DNA from: Octopus vulgaris
Taxonomy: Eukaryota
Assembly: GCA_951406725.2 (NCBI GenBank)
Contig: OX597822.1
Coordinates: forward strand, 58,342,001 to 58,406,000
DNA: 64,000 nt
Reading direction: 5' to 3'
In this document: piece by piece, positions 39,763 through 51,068 of the stretch
How the letters are laid out: each line of letters begins with the position of its first letter
Position numbering within the stretch: the first letter of the stretch is position 1
The notes under the pieces: model-generated
What the model saw: the letters and a program-made list of their open reading frames with translations, nothing else
What the model was told of the DNA's origin: nothing
The model's database searches: none
Translations under genes and position numbers: made by a program

Positions 39763-40446
39763 CAATCTTACTAGTAATACAGGATCAGAAACGGCGTTTA
39801 TAGGCACTTTCCTGATCCTTATTGTTCAACCTCTTCTTCAAGAACAGGTTTCATCAAGAAGATAAAGCCACTGGTACTAAACTCTTTCAATCATAGAAGA
39901 AAAAAAAGCCAACATCATCTACAGTAGGAATTGAACTTACAACTTAGATTGATGGAATTCCTCTAACTCTATTATTCCATCATCCCTTACCATTCCCCTT
40001 GTCTACACAATGTCAGAGAGACAAAAGATAAGAACTTGGTGATGAATATAGTGAAGTTACAAATTTAGCAGTTTTTCCCATTCAACTTTTTTTTAGTTTT
40101 CATTTTTTTTTTCACCAATTTTCTCTGAGAATGTTTCCAAATAAGCAACTCTTATAAAGTCTGTATGTAATATCAGAGTTAGAAACATAGTTTAATAATA
40201 ATAATAACAACAACTTTCCAGTTCTTCCAGCAGTAGTACACACTGTCTCTCCTCTCCCTCCTTGCCTGCCACCATCACTTGACAGCCACTCCATTCACAA
40301 CCTTGTCCATCATTCAGATTCCCACCAGCAGTGTGAGAAAAGCATGTGGAATGCCTGTCTAGCCAAGTAAACCAACCAACCTACCGACCTACCAACCACC
40401 ACAAACCACCACCCTTTCTCTGTCTCCACCCCATTCCATTTCTGGA

Positions 40447-40466
40447 GGGTGGGAACGGGCTGAGGG
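40447..40466 (+). other. Canonical G-quadruplex motif
   Basis: GGG T GGG AAC GGG CTGA GGG. Confidence 0.5.
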
Positions 40467-40747
40467 AAGGTTGATGTAAGGTGGGGGTGGATCATGGAGA
40501 GAAAGCAAAAAGATGTGGGATAAAGTTAATTTAGGTCTCCTTCCCCCACCCCTACTCCCTCTCTTTCTTACCTACCAATGTAAGTAGGTTCTTGAGTTGT
40601 ACTCTAAGCCCTAGGAAACCAATAAATAAATAAAATAAAGGTCCATGTTAATACAGATATCAAATCCGTCTCACCCCGGATTCAGGACAGGTTTCTTACC
40701 ATAGCAGCTTAATGGATATAACAGAATTTTCCCCACCACCTCATTCA

Positions 40748-40798
<51 letters not shown>

Positions 40799-41378
40799 TA
40801 ATAAATAGAAAGACAGAAGGAATCAGAGAGGAAAAATGGGAACTACATCACTGTTGACTCTTTATCACACACAGACACACTTGCTACAACAGTTCTTGGA
40901 TAAAACCACTTTCTGATTTCTGTGAATAAAAGTTGCCTAATTATCAACAAACAAGATAGTGGATAGGACAAATTAGCGTTATCATATTTAGGGTAATGAA
41001 CATAAAAAGTATCATTAAAAATATTTGTATGCTGGGAAAAATGAAACACAATCAGTAATCGTTTTGGTATGTACTGGAATCAACACTAGGCATGTTTCAA
41101 TCTTATTACACCTCTTCATCAAAGAATTAAATTTCACTCTACTTGTTTAGGTGGTGATAAAACAATCACTAAGTAAATATTACAATATTATACTTATGTA
41201 CGTTTTTTTTTAAAAATTAACATAGTTAAAACAAAGAAATCACAGAAATAATCAGAGACACTATCAGTATCATGTTTCAAACATATCATCACTTTAATAA
41301 AATCCTGATTTTGTGTGCATGTATACATATGTACGTATGTTTACATGGATGTGACTGAGTGTGTGTACATATATCTCT

Positions 41379-41630
41379 ATCATCATCATTTAACGTCTGT
41401 TTTCCATGCTGGCATGGGTTAGATGGTTTGACAAGAGCTGGTAAGCCAGAGCTGCACCAGGCTCCAGTGTCTGCATTGGTTTGGTTTCTATGGCTGGATG
41501 CCCTTCCTAACACCAACCATTTTACAGAGTGTACTGGTTGCCCTTTTATATGTCACTGGCATGGGGCCTTTTTGCATGTCACCAGCATGGGGGTGCATTA
41601 TGTGTCACTGGCACAGGTGCTTTTTTACAT
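41379..41630 (-). mobile_element. RTE-tail element with ~25 bp units
   Basis: 'atcatcatcatttaacgtctgttttccatgctggcatggg'...'ggatgcccttcctaac' plus repeated 'tatgtcactggca'. Confidence 0.75.
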
Positions 41631-41694
41631 GTTACACACACACACACACCCATATGTATATATAAACCTGAGTGTGTATGCATGCTGCATGCAT

Positions 41695-42048
41695 GTAGGC
41701 ATGGTTTCAGGGTTAGTCCCACTAATACCTTAGGCAAGTGTCATCTACTAAGTGTCATCAAGGCCTCATGAGTCAAGTTAGTAGACAGAAAGTGTGTGTG
41801 TGTACCTGTAACTGTCTCCTGGTCCTGATGCCATATGATAGTTGTAAATGAGCATCACTGTCATACAAGCAGTCTCCTTTGCATCCAACCTTACATGAAA
41901 ACACATCTGGCAATGAGGAAATATTACCTTACTTGGAAACAGGTGAGGGTAGTCGAGACAGAAGGGTACCTGTTGCAGAAAAATCTGTCTCAACACATTC
42001 CATCAGGTACAGAAAAGTGAACATTAAGTGATGATGATGATGATGATG
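41695..42048 (+). mobile_element. SINE family B
   Basis: 'gggttagtccc', 'ccttaggcaagtgtc', 'gaaatattaccttacttggaaacagg', (GAT)n tail. Confidence 0.65.
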
Positions 42049-42317
42049 TGCTTGTATATGTGTATTGAAGTTTGAGTTGATTGGGACAAACAGCTAAATT
42101 CACTAAGGTATTAGTTAACTCGGGTTTTTGGGGCTATTAATGCCTTATAAGTGTCTTTCACCCCTTTAGTATTCAGTCAAATGTAATACTTATTTATGCA
42201 GATTTTATAAAATTAATCCTATATTATCTTGTAGCTTTGATATTTTGAAGATACAACATTGCTGGATAGCTGTGAGAGGCCTGATCTGGTCAGTTTTAGC
42301 ATATATATATATATCAC

Positions 42318-42655
42318 CCACTTCAGTCATTAATGACCATGGGATTACACTTAGAAAGTTCCTCTCTGAGGCACAAGTCCAAGCAAGGTTGTTTATGGAA
42401 GACTAAAGACTAGCAGTTGCCCATGCATACTAGCCTCCCTTCTCCACACCACTGATGTTATCCAAGGGAAAGGCAAAGGCCAATACAGTTTGGCACCAGT
42501 GACATCACAACCCATTTCTACATCTGAGTGAACTGGAGCAACATGAAATAAAGTGTCTTACTGAAGAACACAACATATAGCATTATCCGGGAATCAAACT
42601 CACTACTTCATGATTGTGAGTCCAATGCTCAAACCACTGAGCCATGTGCCTTCAC
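42318..42655 (-). mobile_element. tRNA-head CORE-like SINE (family D)
   Basis: On -: A-box 'tggctcagtgg', B-box 'gagtttgattccc', CORE-like 'gtgttcttcagtaagacactttatttcatgttgctccagttcactcag'. Confidence 0.7.
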
Positions 42656-43403
42656 ACACACACACACACATATCTTTATACAATACTGAGAATACAGGAG
42701 TGCTACTCAAATTTTATGTAGTCAGTTGTATGCTGATTGTACTCAGAGAAAGTACAACTGATGGATGCCTGAACAGTCATCAGATTTTCAGCCTGATGCT
42801 GATGAATGTTGGCACAATCAAAATTCTCTCTCTTTGAGTACAAGCCACAGGTAACATAATGAAATTCAAATAATCCCTGAACCCTGAGTACTGTATAAAG
42901 ACTAAATTTAACACTTTTGTACAAATCAAGTTACCTTTAGTTGTGGAAAATTATTCATCAAAGTTAGTGAGTGTGTGTGTATGCATGCATGCACATATGT
43001 GTTTGTGCATGTACATTACTGTATATAGACCCAGATGTAGAATGGGAACATCATGTCCATGTATGTTGTAAGAGGTTAGCAACAGGAAGAGCATCAGTAT
43101 GGTAAAACAGATGTAAATCAATCAAACATGCACAAACACAAATTTTGTCTCAATATGTATACACCCAAAACAGTTTTCTAAATTATGCTTCTTCCGGCGA
43201 TGAGGCCTTTAATAAGTCATTGTTTGGACCCGAATTTCTCAACAGAATTCCAAACCACATTAATCCTAACCAGCCCGAGAGGATAGATCTCTCCATATCC
43301 AACTGATAACAAAATAAAATACATTTTCTAGCAATTCTAACATATAAACATCACAACTCAACAGGTTGTTAAATTTATAATTTCTCACTATATCCCTGTA
43401 CTG

Positions 43404-43406
<3 letters not shown>

Positions 43407-43460
<54 letters not shown>
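43407..43460. repeat. (TA)n microsatellite
   Basis: Direct reading. Confidence 0.95.
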
Positions 43461-43463
<3 letters not shown>

Positions 43464-43848
43464 GTATATGCATATGTTAAGCACAAAAACACACAGATTC
43501 TTGGAGTCAACCGGATAGACAGCAGGAGGTAGCAAGCTGTTTGAGCAACAGTCTGTGTGTGTGGATGTATGCATGTATACACACACACACACATCATTAT
43601 CTTACATCCATATATACTTCACATTGGTTACACTTTCAAACACTGGAGGGAGTTTTTGTTTAATCATTGCTGGGTTGACTGAAGATTTTGGACTCACTGC
43701 TATATGAGTCTCTACTATGTGTGTATTGAGCATGAAAACCCTCTTTCTTCAAGGTATCCTCCACTACCCCAGTCATATTGTATGAGTGTGTCCTAGTGTG
43801 TATAAATAGCCATGTGTATGATACATATATATATATATATATATATAT

Positions 43849-43955
43849 ATCATCATCAGCATCGTTTAACGTCCGTTTTCCATGCTAGCATGGGTTGGAC
43901 GGTTCGCCCGGGGTCTGGGAAGCCAGGAGGCTGCACCAGGCTACAGTCTGATCTA
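43849..43955 (-). mobile_element. Short RTE-tail fragment in (TA)n
   Basis: 'catcatcagcatcgtttaacgtccgttttccatgctagcatggg'; CpG-rich; TA repeats on both sides. Confidence 0.8.
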
Positions 43956-44056
43956 TATATAGATATATATATTATACATGTATTTATACACATACATCTT
44001 TACTTATATACATATATATTCATGCATCTATACATATGTATACATATAAATACATG

Positions 44057-44976
44057 AGCATGTGTGCGAGCTGCCATGCTAGATGGCAGTGAAACATGGG
44101 CCATGAATGCTGAAGATATGCGTAGGCTTGAAAGAAATGAAGCTAGTATGATCCGCTGGATGTCTAACAACAGTGTGTAAGCACCCTGACAGAAAAGTTG
44201 GGCATACGAAGAATCAAATGTGGTGTGCAAAAGAGGTGACTGCGCTGGTATGGCCATATGTTGCATATGAATGAAGACAGCTGTGTGAGGAAGTGCCACT
44301 CCCTAACTGTAGAAGGAACCTGTGGAAGAGGTAGACTCAGGAAGACATGGGATGTGGTGGTGAAGCATGACCTTCAAACTGTGGGCCTCACAGAGGCAAT
44401 GAAAGGAGACTGGGACCTTTGAAGATATGCTGTAATTGAGAAGACCTGGCAACTAACGTGAGACTGCAGCTATGCATGCCTGGCCCTGTTAAGAATACCC
44501 CTGAAGCATCAGATGATATATGCTTGAGAGGACCTGTTGAGTCAAGTAAAACCAATATTGTAGCTGGGGCTAGTGACCCGATTGGCTCCTGTGCCAGTGG
44601 CACGTAAAAAGCACAATCTGAACGTGGTCGATGCCAAGTCCACCTGACTGGTTCCTGTGCTGGTGGCATGTAAAAAACACCAACCGATCATGACTGATGC
44701 CAGTACCCACCGACTGGTTTCTGTGCTGATTGCATGTAAAAAGCACCATCTGAATGTGATTGTTGTCAGGCCCGCCTGACTGGCTCCTGTGCCGGTGGCA
44801 CATAAAAAGCACCCATTACACTCTCGGAGTGGTTGGCGTTAGGAAAAGCATCCAGCTGTAGAAACTTTGCCGGATCAAATTGGTGCCTGGTGCAGCCGCT
44901 GACTCTCCAGACCTCAGTCAAACCATCTAACCCATGCCAGCATAGAAAATGGATATCAATCAATGATGAAGATGAT
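44057..44976 (+). mobile_element. RTE-clade LINE 3' end: ORF C-terminus, long 3' region with 66-bp array, (GAT)n tail
   Basis: Broken frame ACVRAAMLDGSETWAM...RLERNEASMIRWM...LRWYGHM...GRGRLRKTW; array units at 44582, 44648, 44714, 44780; tail 'aatgatgaagatgat'. Confidence 0.85.
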
Positions 44977-46328
44977 AAATACATACATGCACACACACAC
45001 ACACACGGGTGTCTATATATATATATATATATATATACACATACATACATGTGTGTATGTATGTGTATGAATGTGTATATATACATATATACATAAACAC
45101 ACACACACATATGATGTATACGCTGCATGTATATATAGATGTGTGAGAATAAGGAGGCACGACAAACTATGTAGAAATGTAGATCGACCACCCATTCTAA
45201 AGAGAGCTTTCCTCTCAAATAACCTAGAAACAGTAAATTAAAATATTTGCTGATGATATAATTCACACACCAGCCAGACATGAGAGGTTTTAGCTTATTT
45301 CACTTAAGTTTATTCATTTTTCTTTATTTGTTTGCACATTTTTTTTTCCTTTTTTCTTTTTCTTTTTACTCTTTATTACATCAAATGGAAATCTCTTCCA
45401 TCTGAGATTTCATCCTGGGTACAAGTTATTTACCAAAATCCCAAGCAAGAAATGACACCTTGTGTGTATGTGTGTGTTAATGATATTAGCTATCAATGAG
45501 ATGTTGAAAAACTGAATATAACTTAACACTATGATAATATGTCACAGCCAGGAATATAAGACAATTGAAAGGAAAGGATATATGCTATGCATTTGACTGT
45601 ATGAATGAATGAATGAATGAGTGTGTGTGTTTAAGTATATATGTATGTATGTAGTTCCACTGCATGGCACCTTGAGCAAGTGTCATCTACTACAGCTTCA
45701 GGCCAACCAAACAAAGCCTTGATTGGATTTGGTAGATGGAAACTAAAAGAAGCCCATTATGTGTGCTTGTCCTCCACTACTGCTCAACAATTGGTGTTAG
45801 TGTGTTTATGTTCCTGTAAATTAGTAGTTTGGCAAAAAAGACCGATTGAATATGTAGCAAGCTTGATGAAAGGTAAGTACTGGAGTCAAATCATTCAACT
45901 AATATTCTTCAAGGCAGTGCCACAGCATGGCCACAGACTAATGAATGAAACAAGTAAAAGATATATACATACATATACATAGAAGCGAGTGAACAAACAA
46001 AACAAAGTGGCACTCAGAACATTTGATAGGAGATACATTTTTTTTTTAATAACAGTTTGACTTATCTGATGAGGTAGGTTCATCCTATGAGCCCACAGAA
46101 CTTTTAAATCATATGGAACTGAATCAAACTCTTATGATATATATATATATATACATAAATATATATACATAAAATCATCATCATTTAGTGTCTGCTTTCC
46201 ATGCTGGCATGAGTTAGACAGTTTGACTATAACTGGTAAATTGGAGAGCTGCACCAAGTTCCAGTCTCATTTGGCACTTAGTACAGCATGGAAAGTAGAT
46301 GCTAAATGATGATGATGATATATATATA

Positions 46329-46720
46329 GGTGTAGGAGTGGCTGTGTGGTAAGTAGCTTGCTTATGAACCACATGGTTCCAGGTTCAGTCTCATTGCGTG
46401 GCACCTTGGGCAAGTGTCTTCTACTATAGCCTCAGGCCGACAAAAGCCTCGTGAGTGGATTTGGTAGACGGAAACTAAAAGAAGCCCGTCGTATATATGT
46501 ATGTGTGTGTGCATATGTTTGTGTTTCTGCATTTGTCTCCCCAACATCGCTTGACAACCGATGCTGGTGTGTTTATGTCCCCGTCACTTAGCGGTTCAGC
46601 AAGAGAGACTGATAGAATAAGTACTAGGCTTACAAAGAATAAGTCCTGGGGTCGATTTGCTCGACTAAAGACGGTGCTCCAGCATGGCCACAGTCAAATG
46701 ACTGAAACCAGTAAAAGAGT
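46329..46720 (+). mobile_element. SINE family A, best-preserved copy
   Basis: A-box-like 'tggctgtgtggtaa', B-box 'ggttcagtctc', 'gcaccttgggcaagtgtc', internal TA/TG tract, 3' end 'gactgaaaccagtaaaagagt'. Confidence 0.85.
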
Positions 46721-46744
46721 ATATATATATATATATATATATTT

Positions 46745-46895
46745 GCGTTAGGAAGGGCATCCAGCTGTAGAAACACTGCCAGATCAGACTGGAGCCTGGT
46801 GCAGCCTACTGGCTTCCCAGATCCCCAGCCGAACCGTCCAACCCATGGTAGCATGGAGAACGGATGTTAAACGATGATGATGATGATGATGATGA
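46745..46895 (+). mobile_element. 5'-truncated RTE-tail element
   Basis: 'gcgttaggaagggcatccagctgtagaaac'...(GAT)n, between TA repeats. Confidence 0.8.
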
Positions 46896-46906
46896 TATAT
46901 ATATAT

Positions 46907-47410
46907 ACAAAACAAATCAAAATAGATGAACATCAATGGAATTTGTATCTTTGTGGTACCAGTGCCGGTGGCACACAAGAAAACCATCCGAACGTGGCCG
47001 TAGCCAGTGCCGCATCGACTAGCCTCCGTGCTGCGGGCACGTAACAAACACCATCCGATCGTGGCCGTTCGCCAGCCTCATCTGGCACCTGTGTCGGTGG
47101 CACATAAAAACACCATCCGAGCGTGGCCGTCTGCCAGCCTCGTCTGGCACCTGTGTCGGTGGCACATAAAAAACACCATCCGAGCGTGGCCGTTCGCCAG
47201 CCTCGTCTGGCACCTGTGTGTCGGTGGCACATAAAATCACCCACTACACTCTCGGAGTGGTTGGCGTTAGGAAGGGCATCCAGCTGTAGAAACACTGCCA
47301 GATCTGACTGGCCTGGTGCAGCCTTCGGGCTCCCCAGATCCCAGTTGAACTGTCCAACCCATGCTAGCATGGAAAACGGACGCTAAATGAATGATGATGA
47401 TGATGATGAT
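46907..47410 (+). mobile_element. Short RTE-3'-end element with 5-unit 62-63 bp array
   Basis: Units at ~46953, 47019, 47082, 47144, 47207; shared tail and (GAT)n. Confidence 0.85.
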
Positions 47411-47458
47411 TAATAATAGCTTGATTTAGCACTATATGATTTCAAAGTATTGTGGGCT

Positions 47459-47517
<59 letters not shown>

Positions 47518-48765
47518 AAGGGGTTAGACAAAATAATGGAAACACCTAGCATCATAAGTTTGAAATATTTATAAAACTGTCAAAAGCTTGTTTATTTTTA
47601 TGTTTTTTGATTTATTATTAATGTTGCTTAATATGTTTTGCTAAAATTGCTGTTCCTTTTCAGATATCATCAGAAAAAGGTAATTAAAATTCATTATAAT
47701 GACAGATCTATCGGACTTTCAAAGAGGTAAAATTATTGGTGCTCATATGGCAGGTGCTAGCATAATGAAAACAGCCAAAATGTTTGGTGTATCAATAAGT
47801 ATGGTCTTGAAAGTAATGACAGCCTTTGAGAAAGAAGGAAAAACCTCCTCGTCGAAACAAAACTCCAGAACAAAATCAACACTCTCAGATAGGGACCATC
47901 AGACTCTTATGCGAATTGTTAGAAAGGATCACAAAAGTACAGCAGAGCTTAATGACCACCTCGAAAACCCAGTTTCCACAAAAACTGTTCGCCAGGAGCG
48001 GCACAAAGCCAGATTTCATGGGAGGGCTGCAATCAGAAAACCACTGCTTTCAAAGACAAACATTGCAAAGCGTTTAGAGTGCAGTAAAAACCTACAGAAT
48101 TGGTCCCTAGAACAGTGGAAGAATGCGATATTCTCCAACGAGTCATCCTTTACCCTATTTCCAACCACCAGCCAAGTATATGTGTGAAGACAGCCAAAAG
48201 AAGCATTTGACCCAGACTACTTTCTTCCAACTGTTAAACATGAAGTAAGATGTGTGACGATCTGGAGGGACTATATCTTGGAAATCTGCCAGCCCAATGG
48301 TTTCCCTTCATGGTAGAATTAATAGTCAAGACTATTTATGCATTTTATCTGATCAAATTCATCCTATGGTTGCAGAACTGTTTCTGGAGGGAAATGCAAT
48401 CTTTCAGGATTATAATGCATCAATTCACACAGCTAAAGTTGTTACTGAATGGCACAAGGAACATTCTAGTGAAGTTAAATATCTTATCTGGCCAGCACAG
48501 TCCCCAGATCTCAATATCATTGAACATTTATGGGGCATTTTAGAAAAACAAGTAAGGAGTCAATATCTTCCACCATCAACACAAGAACTGGAGACTGTTT
48601 TAGCTGAAGAATGGACAAAAATTCGTTTGGAAACAATTCAAACTTTGTATGAATTCATACCTCATAGAATTCAAGCTGTAATTACAGCCAAAGGTGATCC
48701 TACCTAATATTAAAATAACTTTGTTTGAAATTTTAAGGTGTTTCCATTATTTTGTCCAACCCCTG
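47518..48765 (+). mobile_element. Full-length Tc1-like DNA transposon, inactivated
   Basis: 30-bp TIRs 'aaggggttagacaaaataatggaaacacct' / 'aggtgtttccattattttgtccaacccctg'; TA at right end; ~1.25 kb. Confidence 0.92.
47699..48707 (+). pseudogene. Tc1-family transposase pseudogene (D..D36E spacing)
   Basis: DLSDFQRGKIIG HTH, RKPLLS, FSNES, PTVKH, FQDYNASIH, WPAQSPDLNIIEHLW; stop at 48185-48187 and a frameshift near 48270. Confidence 0.9.
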
Positions 48766-49634
48766 TACATATGTACATGATGTGTGTGAGATGAGACATC
48801 CGCAACATCATTATCATTACTTAATGTCATGGGGTCTGTCCTTTCTGCTATAGGCTAAATTAGGCACTATTTTACATATATTTTACAGAGAACTGGAAAT
48901 AATATGTTGATTCTGATATCATAGTGTAAGAGGGTGTGGTAACATTTGCACCAGAGCTTTTATCTAAAGGAAAGTCTTTTTCATTGTTGCTGTTGTTGGA
49001 TGTTGTTTGTATCATCAGATTTGCACATCCTCCATAAACAAAGCCCACAATAACTTCTTGCAGCAGAGTGTTAAGATCTCATTCAACAGCAGCAAAAACT
49101 CAGATAGCAGCACCCAACGGCCAAAACACACTCCCTATGAATACCATGCTTCACAATCCCTGATAAAACTTTCATGGCAACCCCATTGCTTTCACACAAC
49201 CAAGATAGTATCATAAAGGCTGGGTTTCCTCTACAGCACTAGGAAATAGTTCAAAATCCTGAACAGATGTTATAGCTTTAACAAAGTATGAATAGTAAAT
49301 AGTTCATTTGAATACTGTTCACAGGACCCACACAAAAAACACTCCCTAGATCACAGCAACAAAAGCATTAGCTACCTCACAAACACTTACCTATGATGTA
49401 GATGCTCTTTCACTCACCAATACTATAGGCTTTGATCCATTGTCTTATATACTTTCTTTTTCAAAGTCTCATAAAACAGCCTCTACACCTATATAATTTT
49501 CTGACATTATACCACCAACTACACATGATTCCACACGACATTTGTCTCTCCACCTTCCATTTTAATACTGTCTCATCCTAATCTTCTTTACCTAGAAATG
49601 TATCCCTCTAGAATTCTTAATCACCGATACAGAG

Positions 49635-49771
49635 CAGACATGGGCAACCTTTTTTAAGAAATAGTTCACATGAAACATCATGTGGGCCACACTACTAAAA
49701 AATATTCAAGGTAATTTTCTGTTAGACATGTCATGCAGTAAGTCCTGCAGACCAAAGTTTGCCAATGACTG
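49635..49771. mobile_element. hAT-type MITE (137 bp)
   Basis: TIRs 'cagacatgggcaacc' / 'gtttgccaatgactg'; imperfect 8-bp TSD atacagag/atatagaa. Confidence 0.6.
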
Positions 49772-49961
49772 ATATAGAAGATCTTGTAAAGTGAAAAGAT
49801 GATACAGGTTGGATATAAATTGTCCTTCGAGTTGTTTAGAGAATGTGACCACAAGGTAAGGTGGATGGGAGTAAGTCATTGAGGTCAAATAGTAAAATGT
49901 TGGGTCTCACTATTGAAATAATACAGGATAAAATAACGTGGGAAAATTCTATAGTGTAAAT

Positions 49962-50234
49962 CAGTGGTTCCCAAACATTTTGGGCCTACTGCCCCCTTGA
50001 CACCCAGGCCACATTCCTAGCACCCCCACCCCAACTAACCATCACAAATATAGACCTCTTTCTGAAGCAAATTCAAAGCAACTGTATTTCACAAATAAAA
50101 CTTAACCTAATGAACCCATTATTTTGTTTTTACATGAATTGCTACCCCATTATTGCCCCACTCTTCTTCAACACCCCCTTGGAACTTTCCACTGTCCCCA
50201 GGGGGGTTAATAGTGCCCACTTTGGGAAACACTG
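49962..50234. mobile_element. hAT (Charlie-like) MITE
   Basis: TIRs 'cagtggttcccaaa' / 'tttgggaaacactg'; 8-bp TSD gtgtaaat/gtataaat. Confidence 0.8.
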
Positions 50235-50304
50235 GTATAAATTAATGCAACCAACACCAGCTGCTGAAGGCGCCCCAGTAAGGTCGTTTCATCTGCTACA
50301 GATG

Positions 50305-50585
50305 TTCGTTTTCCATGCTGGCATGAGTTGGATGGCTCAACAGGAGCTGGCATGCAAGAGAGCTACACCAGGATTCATTTGTCTGTTTTGACAGGATTTC
50401 TACAGCTGGATGCACTTCCTAATACCAACTGCTTTACAGAGTATGGGGTACGTTTTACTTGAAACCAACACAAAGTACTTTTTGTGCCACACCAGCACAG
50501 GAGCTTTTTGTTTGACACCAACACAAGTGCCAGCTCAGGTACTCTTTGTGCTACACCAGAATAAGAGCTTTTTACGTGGCACAGA
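50305..50585 (-). mobile_element. RTE-tail element with ~26 bp units
   Basis: 'ttttccatgctggcatgag', 'ctacagctggatgcacttcctaa', repeated 'tttttgtgccacaccagcac'-like units. Confidence 0.65.
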
Positions 50586-51068
50586 AAAATATCCTCAAAA
50601 CATGTCCTCCATCTTAAGGACACACTTCTGAGATAATGAAGCAGAATTTCTATGACTGGATGCTCTTCCAGCCTTCAACCCTCACTTGTTTCTTAGCAAG
50701 ATAATAGTTTCCCCTTAATCCAGACAAGATTTTCATGGACAACTGCAAACATTACTATACATTTCAGAGAAGTTTTCTTATAATTCACACATGTTGTTTT
50801 AAGGAGCTGTGTGCACACACACACACATACACAAAACAGGCTTTTTTTCAGTATCTACCTACCAAAGTCACTCACAAGGCTGTGTGATTGGCTGGAAGAC
50901 AAATGTCCAAGGACAACTGCCAGATTGGAGATGTGAAACTTTAAATTAAAGAATATGAAATATCAGCTTCAGGAACTGTAATATGATGCTCTAAAATTTG
51001 ATATTGAGAACTCTTTTTTCCCTTATATGCACTCAGATGTTTGCATATAAACATGCAATAAATGTATA

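Noticed and set aside
44578-44815. Array module as a pistol, twister or HDV-like ribozyme
   Set aside because: The stem plus A-rich linker recalls pistol P1, but the remaining conserved core and topology of these classes could not be found
46329-46405. tRNA genes at SINE heads
   Set aside because: A/B boxes are present but no complete cloverleaf; each continues into a SINE body
46950-47245. CRISPR-like look of the 62-68 bp arrays (palindromic core plus variable part)
   Set aside because: The 'spacers' are homologous to each other, the arrays lie inside retroelements, there are no cas genes, and the context is eukaryotic
46784-47386. Repetitive Cys/His/Trp-rich ORFs over the arrays (also 10458-10938, 44388-44812, 52357-53432)
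   Set aside because: By-products of GC-rich tandem units; open in several frames on both strands and not conserved in frame between copies
49000-49620. Possible ancient Jockey/CR1 LINE C-terminal remnant
   Set aside because: Only faint motif hints (LGFLYS.RK); too degraded to support by eye
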